A stretch of DNA of 64,000 bases, from contig PS015039.1 in the NCBI GenBank assembly GCA_048213135.1, positions 180,619 to 244,618 on the forward strand, given 5' to 3'. Source of the DNA: Reclinomonas americana ATCC 50394. Lineage: Eukaryota. Positions within the stretch are counted from its first letter, which is position 1. Every line of letters starts with the position of its first letter. The notes beneath the pieces were generated by a model. That model was given only the letters and a program-made list of their open reading frames with translations. It searched no databases and was not told the origin of the DNA. Below, piece after piece: positions 1-13,400 of the stretch. The position numbers were made by a program, and so were the translations under genes.

Positions 1-3000
1 AGTCGTCATCGCACCCACAACACTGTTTGTGCCCGTCGTCGGCGGCGTGTATACCGTCGACGACAGTGCAATGTTGGTCGGTGCCACAGGAACTGCACAG
101 CCGCCATGAACTGTTGAGCAACAGCTGGCGACACATACACACATGCAGACACCCACAACCCACCGTCATTCACAGTGAACGACTTGTCAAACGTCGCACC
201 ACCGCTGTCCGTCGTGCGAATCACCACCACGAGTGCAGTTCCCGTCTGTCCATTCGCACTTAAGCGTAACTGTGTCCCGCTCACATTGAACAGCGCCTGC
301 GCAGCGCCGCCGACCACCGAGTACACAAACGTCTCGCCCGTGTTGGCGTCCGTCGAGCTCAGTGTGCCAATCACTGTGTTGACCATGCTCGTCGGCGGTG
401 TGTACGTGTTCGCCGACAGCCCGATATTCGTCGGCGCCACATTGCCTACAACACACGGCAGAGTCAGCTGACTGCATCGTGATTCCCAAACACAAGCTGC
501 GGCACGCACTCTCGTTGAACGTCAGTGTCTTGCTCACGCTGCCGCCGTGTCCGTCGTCCGACGTGATCGCCACTTGCAGACCGTTGCCAGACAGGCCGCC
601 GCCACCCACATTCGCCATCAGTTGAGAGCCACTCACACTGAACTTGCCGCTGTCGGCACCGCCACTGATCGTGTACGTCGGCGTCTGGCAGCAGTTGGCA
701 TCCACCGTCGACAGCGTGCAAATCACACTTCCCAGTGTGGCCGGCGGCACATATGTAGTCGAGCTGCAGCTGATGTTGGTCGGCGCAACGTTGGCTGCGT
801 GCATATCACAGTAAGTCAGTTGATTGTGTGTGTGAAACAGGGAAGGGAGAAGAATGATTCTCTTTCCATTTCTCTCTTCCTCTCTCCTCCTCACCTTCAT
901 CAATCACAAATGTCCGATCAAATGTCTGACTCGTGCTATCCGTCACTCGCACCGTCACCGTCAGGCCGTTGCCAGTCTGGCCGGCGTTGCGCAGCACCAG
1001 ATTGTTGCCGCCTGCAATGTTGAACAGCGCGGCATTGGCGCCGCCTTGCACACTGAACGTGAAGGTGTCGCCCACATTGGGATCCACGCCACTCAGCACG
1101 CCCACGACTGTGTTCGCTGCCGCCGTCGGTGGCACGTACGTCACCGACGTGATCAAGATATTGGTGGGTGGCTGGGGTGCTGTGTGTGTGCGCATGCATG
1201 AAGAGTGTCAGGAGAATGCAACAGGCAACCTCAGACGAAAGGGAGAACGCAACTGTCGGTGATGGTGAATGTTCTCTCGAAGAACAGCGCCCCGGTGCCG
1301 TCATCGGTCGTGCGAATCACCACTTGCCATCCTGTGCCAACCTGTCCGTTGGCGGTGATGCGCAACTGGCTGCCAGAGATGTTGAAGAGAGCGGCGTTGA
1401 CGCCGCCGGTGATGGTGTAGGTGAACGACTGGCAGCAGTTGACATCGGTGGTGGACAGTGTGCCGATCACAGTGTTGGCCATTGTCGTTGGCGGACTGTA
1501 CGATGCTGACGAGAGTGAAATGTCCGTCGGTGCAACGTTCACTGCGAAACGCGCAGTGAGCAGAGATGGCGACCGCAAGTTATCACGAGGCAGGGAACGT
1601 ACCTTCGCTGAACAGGAACGTCTTGTTGAAAGTTCCACCGTGCAAGTCGTCGGTCTTCACAGTGACTTGCAAATTGTTGCCGGTGAGATTGGCAACGGCG
1701 CTGCGCAGCTGGTTGCTGTTCACCTCGAACTTGGCCTGATCCGCGCCACCGATTATCGTGTACACTGGCGACTGGCAACAGTTGACATCCGCAGTTGTGA
1801 GCGTGGCCAACACGCCGTGCAACCCGGTGTGCGGTGTATACAGCAGCGTAGACGGAGTGATGTCCGTCGGTGCCACATTGGCTGCAAACGGCAACCGAAA
1901 CTTTAGCGCACGTGTCCAAGCAATCAATCTCAAGCACGTGCTCAACAAACCTTCGTCAACGGTGAATAATTTGGTGAAAACAAGACCGCCACTGTCAGTG
2001 ACGCGAATCTGCACTTGCAATCCGTTGCCCGTCTGACCAGCAGATGTGAGCTGCAGTTGTGCACCCGAAATGTTGAATAGGGCCGCACTGGCGCCGCCCA
2101 CGATCGCAAATGTCGCAGTGTCACCAGTATTATTGTCAACCATCGCCAGTGTACCCACACCGCTGTTGGCAGCCGCTGTGGGTGGCGTGTATGTGCTCGA
2201 TGATAGAGTGATGTCGGTCGGTGCAACGTTTGCTGTGAGTAGCGAGTAAGAAACCGACAATGTAGGCCTTCAAAAAATACAGCGCAGCTGCCACACGAAC
2301 CTTCGCTAATTGAGAATGTCTGGCTATACACCCCGCCATGGCTGTCGTCCGTCTGTACTCGCACCAGCAAATTGTTACCCGTCAAGCCAGCGCCTCCTTG
2401 CACGGCCACGAGCTGGTTGCCAGTGATAGAGAAGCTGCTTGCATTTGCTCCACCGGTGATGCTGTAGGTAAAGCTCTGGCAGCAATTGGCATCCGTGGTC
2501 GTCAAGGTTCCAACGACAGTCCCCGAGGGTGCGGGCACAGGGGTGTACAGAAGCGACGACAGAGCGATGGCCGTGGGGTCAACATTGGCTGCGGCAATGC
2601 GAGACCGGAAGTGAGAATGAGAAAGGAACACAGCGTGCAGTGCAAGTTGACGAGCAGCACCAACCTTCGTCAAGAACAAACGCCTTGCTGAATGTTCCAC
2701 CAGCTCCATCGTTGGTGCGAATGGTCAAATGCAAGCTGTTGCCGGTGAGACCATTCACGTTCGACATCAGCTGCGAGCCGACGATAGCGAACTTGGCGGC
2801 ATCAGCACCGCCAGTGATCGTGTATGTGAACGACTGACAGCAATTGCCGTCGGTAGTCGTCAGCGAGCCGATGACTCCGTTCAACGCCAGTGGTGGCGTG
2901 TAAGTCAGTGTCGACAAGGTAATGTCGGATGGGACGAGATTGACTGCGCGCACAATGTGAGCAACCAGCGCAGTCAGACGCACCCGACAGCCTCCACAAC

Positions 3001-3452
3001 GCAACTTTCGTTGATGTAGAATGTCTTGTCAAACGAGCCGCCGAAACCATCGGTGAGCCGCACAGTCACTTCGAGATTCATGCCGGTCAGACCACCCATT
3101 ACGTTTGTCCGCAGTTGAGCACCGGCGATCAAGAACTTGGCCATGTCCGCGCCGCCGACCAAGCTGAAAACAAATGTTTGACAGCAGTTTGCGTCCACGG
3201 CTGAAAAGTTGCCGACTGCCGTATTCGCGAAGGCCGGTGGTGTGTACGTCGTCGAGTCCAGCAGAATATCCGTGGGCGGCATGTTGGCTGCGCGTGTGAA
3301 CAGCGAGTGATACCACCATCAGCACCACACTTATCACACAAGCCCGCACACAAGCAGACAAACACACACGCTGCTCGCTGTCCCTCTCTCCCTCTCTCTC
3401 GCTCTCTGTACGCACACAAACACGCACCTTCAGAGAGCGTCAGCGTCTTGTT
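1..3452 (-). CDS. Fragment of cadherin-like repeat array (about 11 repeat exons, first and last partial); runs off the window to the left
   Basis: Repeated ~94-aa units NVAPT(D/N)IxLS..Y.PP....VGTL.T.D.N....FTY.I.GG.....F.I.G.QL.....G.TG.....VRTTD..G..F.K.FTI.E, each on one exon bounded by phase-1 GT-AG introns (donors at 3428, 3005, 2664, 2300, 1950, 1602, 1253, 894, 509, 163). Confidence 0.9.
3269..3452 (-). repeat. Copy 1 of a 184-bp block (exon end + 140-nt intron + exon start), inverted relative to 7424-7607
   Basis: Manual alignment of the reverse complement to 7424-7607: no indels, 6 mismatches; this copy ends at the N gap. Confidence 0.95.
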
Positions 3453-4424
3453 NNNNNNNNNNNNNNNNNNNNNNNNNNNNNNNNNNNNNNNNNNNNNNNN
3501 NNNNNNNNNNNNNNNNNNNNNNNNNNNNNNNNNNNNNNNNNNNNNNNNNNNNNNNNNNNNNNNNNNNNNNNNNNNNNNNNNNNNNNNNNNNNNNNNNNNN
3601 NNNNNNNNNNNNNNNNNNNNNNNNNNNNNNNNNNNNNNNNNNNNNNNNNNNNNNNNNNNNNNNNNNNNNNNNNNNNNNNNNNNNNNNNNNNNNNNNNNNN
3701 NNNNNNNNNNNNNNNNNNNNNNNNNNNNNNNNNNNNNNNNNNNNNNNNNNNNNNNNNNNNNNNNNNNNNNNNNNNNNNNNNNNNNNNNNNNNNNNNNNNN
3801 NNNNNNNNNNNNNNNNNNNNNNNNNNNNNNNNNNNNNNNNNNNNNNNNNNNNNNNNNNNNNNNNNNNNNNNNNNNNNNNNNNNNNNNNNNNNNNNNNNNN
3901 NNNNNNNNNNNNNNNNNNNNNNNNNNNNNNNNNNNNNNNNNNNNNNNNNNNNNNNNNNNNNNNNNNNNNNNNNNNNNNNNNNNNNNNNNNNNNNNNNNNN
4001 NNNNNNNNNNNNNNNNNNNNNNNNNNNNNNNNNNNNNNNNNNNNNNNNNNNNNNNNNNNNNNNNNNNNNNNNNNNNNNNNNNNNNNNNNNNNNNNNNNNN
4101 NNNNNNNNNNNNNNNNNNNNNNNNNNNNNNNNNNNNNNNNNNNNNNNNNNNNNNNNNNNNNNNNNNNNNNNNNNNNNNNNNNNNNNNNNNNNNNNNNNNN
4201 NNNNNNNNNNNNNNNNNNNNNNNNNNNNNNNNNNNNNNNNNNNNNNNNNNNNNNNNNNNNNNNNNNNNNNNNNNNNNNNNNNNNNNNNNNNNNNNNNNNN
4301 NNNNNNNNNNNNNNNNNNNNNNNNNNNNNNNNNNNNNNNNNNNNNNNNNNNNNNNNNNNNNNNNNNNNNNNNNNNNNNNNNNNNNNNNNNNNNNNNNNNN
4401 NNNNNNNNNNNNNNNNNNNNNNNN

Positions 4425-7400
4425 ACGGATGCGAATGTGACAGACACGTTCACGTACAGCATTGTGGGTGGAACAGATGCCGGGTCGTTCGATATTGTGG
4501 GCAGCAATCTGGTGATTCGGTCGAACGGATTCGGTGGAACCGGATTGCAGGTGCAAGTGAGGACGACGGACTCGGGTGGACTGACATTCAACAGGACGTT
4601 CACGATCAACGAGGGTGAGTGTAATGGTGTCTGTTGTGTGTGCGTATGAGAAGTTGGTTGTGCTGAACGGGTGCGTGCAGCGAACGTGGCGCCGTCGCAC
4701 ATCAACATCAGTAGCACGACGTACGTGCCGCCGACTGCGACGACGAATGTTGTTGTGGGAGCGCTGAGCACTGTGGATGCGAACTGCTGTCAGACGTTCA
4801 CGTACAGCATCACTGGTGGCAGCAATCAGGCGCTGTTCAACATCAGTGGGTCGAACCTGCGACTGAATGCGGCGGGCCAGACGGGGAACAACCTGGAGGT
4901 GGAAGTGGAGACGAACGATGGCAACGGTGGAACGTATCTGCAGACGTTCTTGGTGTCGGAGTGTGAGTGGTCGAATGCGTTAGTACTTGAGTGCTGCCTG
5001 GTGAACTCACCCCTCGCTGCCGTCTACAGCCAATGTGATCCCGACTGATATTCTGCTGTCTGGGACGCGGTACACGCCGCCGACGGCGACGACGAATGTA
5101 GTCATTGGCGGCATGACGTCGATGGACGCCAACACCAACCAGATTCATGTGTACACGATTGTCGGCGGCAGCGACAGTGCGCTGTTCGACATTGTGGGAA
5201 CGAATCTCGTGCTTCGGGCGGCGGGCCAGAGCGGAACCGGACTGCAGGTGACAGTGCGGACAGACGATCAGGCAGGCGGCACATTTGACAAGACGTTTAC
5301 GATCTCTGAGAGTTGCGTGATGCGCGAGGGAAGTGAGATGGAGATCCTGTCGATATTCATGTTTGTGTGTGCGTGTTTGCACAGACAATGTGGCGCCGAC
5401 CAACATTGCACTGTCGTCGAACACGTACACGCCGCCGACTGCGGCGGCACACAGTGCTGTGGGAAGTCTGTCGACAACGGACGCGAACACGGGAGAGACG
5501 TTCACATACCAGATTGTGGGTGGAGCGGACAGCAGTGTGTTTGAGATTGCCGGATCGCAGCTGCGGATTGTTGCTGCTGGACAGCGCGGCACTGGCCTTG
5601 TGGTGGTTGTGCAGACGACAGACAGTGGCGGTGCGACGTTTGCGAAGCAGTTTACGATCAACGATGGTGAGTGCGGTTGATGATGATGATGATGATGACA
5701 TGTGGTGATCGTGGTGAAGATGGTACTTACGCTGTGTGCAGTGCCTGTTGGACCGACGGACATTTCGCTGTCGAGCAGTGTGTACACGCCGCCGACCGTG
5801 TCAACGAATACTGCGGTGGGCGCGCTGTCTGCGACAGATGGCAATGTGTTGGACACGTTCACGTTCACGATTCAAGGCGGCACGAATGGAGCTCTGTTCG
5901 ATGTTGTCGGGTCGAATCTGGTGCTGCGCAACAGCGGACAAGGCGGTACTGGACTGCAAGTGACGGTGCGAGTGACGGACAGCAGCGGGTTTACGTTTGC
6001 AAAGGCGTTTGTTGTGAATGAGAGTGAGTATTTTCTGAAGGACTTGCAATGAGCAGTGGGGAGTGGTGAGCTCACACATTGTGGACGTGTATACACACAG
6101 CGAATGTGGTGCCGAGCGACGTGGCGCTGTCGACGCTGTTGTATCCGCCGCCGCTGGGAATGAGCAGTGTGGTGGCGACGCTGAGCACGTCAGACAGCAA
6201 CTGCTGCCAGACATTTGTGTACACGATTGTCGGCGGGGCGGATCAGGCCAAGTTTGCGATTGTGGGCAGCCAGCTGCGGTCGAATGTGGCGGGACTGACG
6301 GGCAACAACCTGAAGGTGCAGATTCAGACGGACGATCAAAATGGTGGCACCCTGAGCAAGCTGTTCACAATCAACGAAGGTGTGGTGTTGGATTCTGCGT
6401 GTGTGAGCGAGCGAGAGAGAGGAGAGGGAGGCATTTGTACTGAACGGTGGAGATGCAGCGAACCTGGCACCGACGGACATTGTGTTGTCGAATGACACGT
6501 ATGCGCCGCCGACGGCGAGTACGAATGTTGTTGTGGGAACGATGACAGTGGTGGATGCGAATGGCAGCGACACGCACGTGCTCACGATCAGTGGTGGAGC
6601 GGACAGTGGTCTGTTCAACATTTCGGGGAATCAGCTGCGACTGAGTGCCAGCGGACAGACGGGAAGTGGATTCACGGTGATTGTGCGAGCGACTGACAAT
6701 AGTGGAGCGTTTGTGGAGAAGACATTTGTGATCACCGACAGTTGCGTGTGCATGTGCTGTGCTGTGGTACGTTGATTCTTTGTGCTGACTGTGTCGAGTG
6801 ATGCAGTTCCCGTGGCGCCGACGAACATTGTGTTGTCGTCGTCAACGTATGTGCCGCCGACGCTGCCAACGAATGCGGTAGTGGGGACACTGGTTGCCGT
6901 CGATGGCAATCTTGGGGATGTGTTCACATTTGCCATTACTGGTGGGGCGAATGCGGCTGCGTTCAACATTGCGGGCAATCAACTGCGGCTGTCGAACGTG
7001 GGACAGACTGGGAACGGGCTTGTGGTGACGATTCGCGTGACAGACTCAGCGGCGCTCACGTTCTCGAAGACGTTTACAGTGGATGAAGGTGCGTGGAAGG
7101 GGAAGTATGGAAAAAGAAGGGAGGGCGATGTCTGCTGACACGATTGGTGTGGTGTGGTGAGTGCAGCCAATGTTGCACCGACGGATGTGAGCATCAGCTC
7201 GACACTGTACGCGCCGGTACCTGCGCCACTGAACACGGTTGTGGGCACACTGTCGACGGTGGACGCGAACTGCTGTCAGACGTTCACGTACAGCATTGTG
7301 GGTGGTGCGAATGCGGCGTCGTTCAACATCAGTGGCAATCAGCTGCGGGTGAATGTTGCGGGACTGACGGGCAACAATCTGGTGGTCATTGTGCGGACGA

Positions 7401-10400
7401 ATGACGGTGCGGGTGGGACGTTTAACAAGACGTTGACGCTCTCTGAAGGTGCGTGTTTGTGTGCGTACAGAGAGCGAGAGAGAGGGAGAGAGGGACAGCG
7501 AGCAGCGTGTGTGTTTGTTTGTTAGTGTGCGGGCTTGCGTGATAAGTGTGGTGCTGATGGTGGTATCACTCGCTGTTCACATGCGCAGCCAACATGCCGC
7601 CCACGGACATCGCACTGTCAAACTCGTCTTACGTTCCGCCAACCACGGTCCCGCAAACAGCTGTCGGATCGTTGAGTCGAACCGATCCGAACACTGTGGA
7701 GACGGCTGTGTACACGATTCAGGGTGGAGCACATGCTGCGCTCTTCTCGATTGCTGGAACAAGTTTGCGCCTGGTCAATGTGGGGCAGGTCGGCACGAAC
7801 CTGTCTGTGACCATTCGAGTCACCGACTCTGGCGCACTGTGGTTCGACAAGACGTTTACCATTGTGGATGGTGAGTTGGCGTTCATGGTTGATGGTGATG
7901 TGGTGTTGGTGCTGACACACCACTTGTTCTGCGCAGTGAATGTCCCGGCCACTGACATTGTGCTGTCGGCTTCCACGTATGCGCCGCCAACGGCAGTCGC
8001 CAATGTTGTGGTCGGCACACTTTCTGCGGTCGATCCAAATGTTGGTGACACCCACACGTTTATGGTGAGCGGCGGCACCGATGCTGCCGTGTTCAACATT
8101 CTTGGCGCCTCGCTTCGCATCACTGCCGCCGGTCAGATCGGCACTGGCTTCCAAGTAGTCCTTCGCGCCGTCGATGCTGGTGGCTTGGCATTTTTCAAAA
8201 TGTTTACCATCACACAAGGTCGATAGCTGCGACTCATTTGCGTTGCTGTCGAGAATCGTCCTTACATCCGTGCGCTTACTCGCAGCACCGGTGCCACCCA
8301 CGAGCATTACTTTGTCCGCCACCACGTATGCTCCGCCGACACCTGGGGCCAACACGGTGGTCGGCACTCTGACTGCCACCGATCCGAATGTGGGTGATTC
8401 GCACACATTTTCGATTGTCGGCGGGGCCGATGCGATGCTGTTCAACGTCAGTACGAATCGACTGCGATTGACGAATGCGGGTCAAGTGGGCACGAATTTC
8501 GTGGTCATCGTACGCGCCACCGACTCTGCCGGCCTAACCCTGGACTTCAGTTTCACGATTACACAGAGTTACACGTCGTGCACTGCTCTGTGGATCTATT
8601 GATTTCTTGCCTCTGTGCTCACGCGACTGTGTTTTCGGGTGCAGTCAATGTGGCGCCAACCAACATTCTGCTCTCCACCAATGTGTACGTCTTCCCTACA
8701 ATGGCAGCCAACCAGGTTGTGTGCAACCTGACAGCAGTGGATGCCAATGTCGGTGATTCGCACACGTTTTCGATTGTTGGCGGTGCGAATGCTGCACTCT
8801 TCAACATCGCCGCCAATCAGCTGCGAATCAGTGCCGCCGGAAGTCGTGGAATGGGTCTCCGTGTGGATCTGCGTGTAACCGACGCAGCAGGTCTCTTCTA
8901 CGTCAAAGTCGGCGTCATCATTGATGAAGGTGAGGAAAGAGCGAGCGGCAGATGTCTGTGTGCGCGTGTTGATTGATGATCACATCTTGTGATTCGTTAG
9001 TGAATGTGGCGCCGACCGGTCTCGCCTTGTCGAATCGGCTGTACATTCCCATATCAGGGACCGCCAATTCTGCAGTGGGACAGCTGTCGGCCACGGACCT
9101 GAACTCGAACGAGGTATTGACATACTCAGTAGCTGGTGGGCCGGCCGCCAGCCTCTTTGATGTCCAAGGAACAAATCTGGTTGTCCGGTCGCCGACGCAG
9201 CAGGGCCTGAACTTGCAAGTGACACTGCAAGTGACCGACTCGCGTGGGCTGTCGCAGTCACAGTCGTTCACTATCACTGAAGGTTCCGTTTTTCGCTTTG
9301 TCCGTCATTGTGGTGCTCCGTTGGCGACTGACTCTCTTGGGGATTGTTGTTACAACAGCCAATGTGCCACCGACATCCATTGCGCTGGTGCACAACACGT
9401 TTGCTGTGGAACCCGCGGCGGTGGGCATGACGCCGTTTGCACGACGCGGAACCGTCATTGGACCGCTAGACGTCAGCGACAACAATTGTTGCCAGACGCA
9501 GACATTGACGATTATCGGCGGGCGATCTGGGTCGAAATTCAACGTCACCGGCTCGAATCTCGTGGTGGACGCAGACGACCTGGCTGGCAGCAATCACGAA
9601 GTGCAAGTGCAGACCAATGACGGCAACGGTGGAGTGTACGCGCAGAACGTGTACGTCTTCCAAGGTGCGTGTGTGCCCGTTGTTGTGAGCAGTGTTTTCT
9701 GTTGTGTTCCAACTTTTTGTGTGAATGTGCCGCAGATTTTGGTACCCAGACAGCGCGCATCGGCTCGGGAAATGCCTTTATTCGAGTGCGTGGAGAAATG
9801 CTCTGATCGAGATCCTGGTGTGCTCCCTTCCTCCTTCTCATCATGCTTTGCGCAGGGGAGCTTGTCTCGCAGCTTTGATGCCTCGCTACCGCTGACGCTG
9901 GACTTGATCATGGACGGAGTGGCGCCTGCTGATGTCGCAAAGATGACGTTCGAGTGGGGAATCTATTCGCAAGCGTTGCGTTGTGTCTGTGCGCGAGTTG
10001 GTATCCTGCCGTTTCTGATCGTGCAATTTGAAAAACAGGACCGGCTCACCTTCGGTCAAAGTCGCCTCGTTTGGATGGACACCAAGCGATGGTTTCGCGA
10101 TTATTCCAGCCAACTCATTCGTTCCTGGAGTCGCGTACGAAGCCGAAGCGTGGGTAACGCATCCGCTGACTGGACGAGGTGTGTTGTAGCATTACTTTCC
10201 ATTTGCCCGCAACCATTTGCGATGGAGCTGACGTGTCGTAATCTCGTTTCCGCAGTCCTCATTCGTCGTTTAATCACGGTCAATGTGCCGCCGACTCGTG
10301 GCATGCTTGTCTGTTCGCCGTCTGAGGGAGTGGAGCTGGAGACGGAGTTCGACCTGGTGGCCACTGGTTTCCAAGATCCTGATTCGCCAATGCCGCTGAC

Positions 10401-13400
10401 GTATACTTTCTTTGTGCTCGATCCCGAATCCAATCAGCAGGTGCCGTCATCCCCTGTCTGCCAGTCTCCCGCTGTATGTTGCTGTCTTACTTTGGTCTCA
10501 TTTCTGTGCGCCGCAGTTGACTCTGGGATCGGGTCCATCGGGCAAGGTCAGCGGGGTCAAACTGCAGCACTTGTGCCGCGCTCAGGATCAAGCCATCGTT
10601 GGTGTTACAGCGACTGATGTTGATGGTGGCCGGTGAGTCGTTCACGCACCTCCAATCTCTTGCCGACTTGCTGACTCTTTTCGCAGAACGTCGGTCACCA
10701 CTGTCATTACATTGCATCGCAAGATGTATGCCGACTCCACTTCTGTGCTAGCCGCAGTCGATACAGTGCTGTCGTCGGCCAGTGCCGTGAATATCACGGT
10801 GCGCGCTGAACAGTCATTGTTGATTGGCGTCGCCGTCCGTGACTCACTCTCATCGGTGCTGGTGCAGAGTCCTGGCGCCGCTTCAATTGTGTTGAGCACC
10901 GTGACAGCCAGTTTGTCTCTGCTGAGCGGCAGCAGCATGCTGTTTGGCAATAGTGACACTTCTCCAAGTTAAGTTGGCTGGCCAGCATTCTCGTCTCATT
11001 GATGTCATGCCATTGACGCAGCGGTGCACATGACAGTCGTTTCCCCTTCCGCCTTGACGCGCATGTCGGAGGTCGTGCTTGCCGCCAGCAGTCATGTGTC
11101 CACGGGCGACGGACTGGAATTGGCGTCGTTCGCCTCTGTGGTGAACAATGTGGCGAATGTGAGTGCATGGTGCCTCAATTATACTCTCTGCTACAGTCAG
11201 GAACTGACGTTCGTACCACGCCACACAGGTGACTAGCAGCTTACCAGCCGCCGACATGCAGGTCGTGCGGCAGAACCTGGTATCCGCGGCACGCGCAGTG
11301 GCGCAGAATCTGTCGGCATACCCGTCGACTGCTGCGCTGAGTGTGCGTTCGTGTCAGCGCGCGTCGTTCTCATTGCGTGCGAGGTGTAGTTAGCAGCTGA
11401 CCGATGTTTTGCTCTCTTGTTGTTGCAGTCACTGGCCGAGGCCGTGTCGACCATGCTTTCGCTGCCGACGACAGACGAAGCAGATGCGATTGCCACTCAG
11501 TGCGCCTTGGAGCCGGTGTTGAATCAGATCGCACATCGCACAGTGGCTGGACTGGTGAGTCTATTGTTGTGCGTTGAACATTGCCGTGCATGCTCACTTG
11601 GTGAGCAGACCGGGAAAGAGGGTGCGACAACGGTTTCAACGCCAAACTTTACGTTCCGAGCCCAAAAGGTGGACCCAACTGTGACATCGGCTTCCAAGGG
11701 AGCATACTCGGGTGAGCCACAAGCCCTTCAAATCGACAAGTGTCCTCGTGGAGTTCTCACCATATATTGGTTTCTCAGTGGCATTTGAGACGCTGACGTC
11801 TGCGCGCGGTTCTGATGCGCTGCAAACTCCACTTGTAGTCTTGCCGCATACGATAGGCCAGCGACTCGCCGGTGACGCTGATCACTTTAACGCGCTGGTC
11901 GAAGTGCGTCCTTTGGTTATGTACAGTGCATGTACAGTGATTTGCTAACTGTCCGTGCCCTCACAGGTGGGCTTTACTGGCGTGCCGATTGTCAATGCGA
12001 CCAACGACTACAATAAGAAGGCGCAACCGTCCAAGGTGTACGCATACTCGGTGCAGGTGTGCTTGACGACTGAGACATCTACTGCCAATCGTGCGAGTGT
12101 ATCTGACGCTTGCTGCGCAGAGTCCCGAAGACACTGTATCGGTAAAGGACGAGCAGGAGCCACTGGTTCTTGTGATTCCCGAGTGGCAGAGTGTGATTGG
12201 CCAGTACAACCAAACGTTTTCACGGATTGCCATGTGCATGTTGCAAAACTGCACCAATGCAAGTTGCGCAAATGTCACTATCGCAGACAGCGCTCATATT
12301 TGTGACTTACATCGCCGCTCCTTCGGTGCGCAGCGGAATCGGAGTATCGATTCAACGTGACCACCGCGGCGCCGATGATGATTGAGTTGCCGAATACGTG
12401 GATTCCACTGTGTGTCTCTCGCGACGTATGCAAGACCGGCAATCGGTTGAGTGCCACCGGACTAAGCACATACATTGTGGTGGAACCGATCGTGAGGGGC
12501 CAGCTACCGAATGTTGTGTGTTTGTGCATGCCTCTCTCACGGTGTTGCTGTGTCACTGACGAAGAGTGGAAACAGGTCACTGGCGTCTTTTGTGCCACCA
12601 GTCACATGACCGACTTTGTTGCGTTTCTTGTTGGTGTTTGCGTGGTGTGATCCAGTTGTGTTGAATAATCTTCATCGTCCATGCAGACGCTGGATCTGTC
12701 GATCCTGCCAAAGATCTCGTTCACGTTTGCCAGTCCGGCGGATGCCAATCTGATTGCGAAGCACAACGTGTTCCTCAGCCCAACGTTCTTCCTCCTGTGC
12801 ACATATTTTGTGCTGTTTGTGGTGACTGTTGTGGTCATGTGGCGTCGCGATCGCGCTCTGGACGTGGAGGTATGTCGCTGGCCTCTAGTCTCGGACACGC
12901 ACACAGACATTCCCTGCGTGCTTGTTCTCAATCATCATTCGCCCCATGAATAGGATGAAAGTGCGGTGCAGCAGCGCCACAAGTATCTGGCGCGGCTCGC
13001 TGAGCTGGCGGCTGTTCGTGATCGCGAAATGCAGGCTGTGGAGGCGAAAGTGGGGAGGGACGCGACGATACCTGCGACGGCACCCACGATTTCTGTTGAT
13101 GACGGCGATCACCTGCGAGAGAGGGTGCAGTCTCGACGACGTGGTCATCTACTGGGCGTGGCGTCATGGCTGCATGTACCCATGGAGTCCTCGTTCATCC
13201 TGCCCGCGCCACCTCCGGCAGTAGCAGACGACGGGTCAGAGCGTGTCGCTTCCGCCCGTCGCCGCATGTCGCGGTTCGTCGAGGAGCCAGTTGAAGAAGA
13301 AGAGGAGTCGCCGGTGCGCTCGGCTAGTCGGCGAGGAGACTTGCGGCCGATTGGATCCATGATCCGACACCAGGTTTGCACGACTCTTCGGACTCTTGTA

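Noticed and set aside
3129-4771. Long ORFs spanning N runs (also ~19-20 kb, 22 kb, 30-32 kb, 39.5 kb, 41.6 kb)
   Set aside because: Artefacts of translating assembly gaps as X.
1-9664. Regular ~350-bp periodicity as a CRISPR array or satellite
   Set aside because: Units are protein-coding exons with synonymous divergence separated by GT-AG introns; no identical short repeats and no cas genes.
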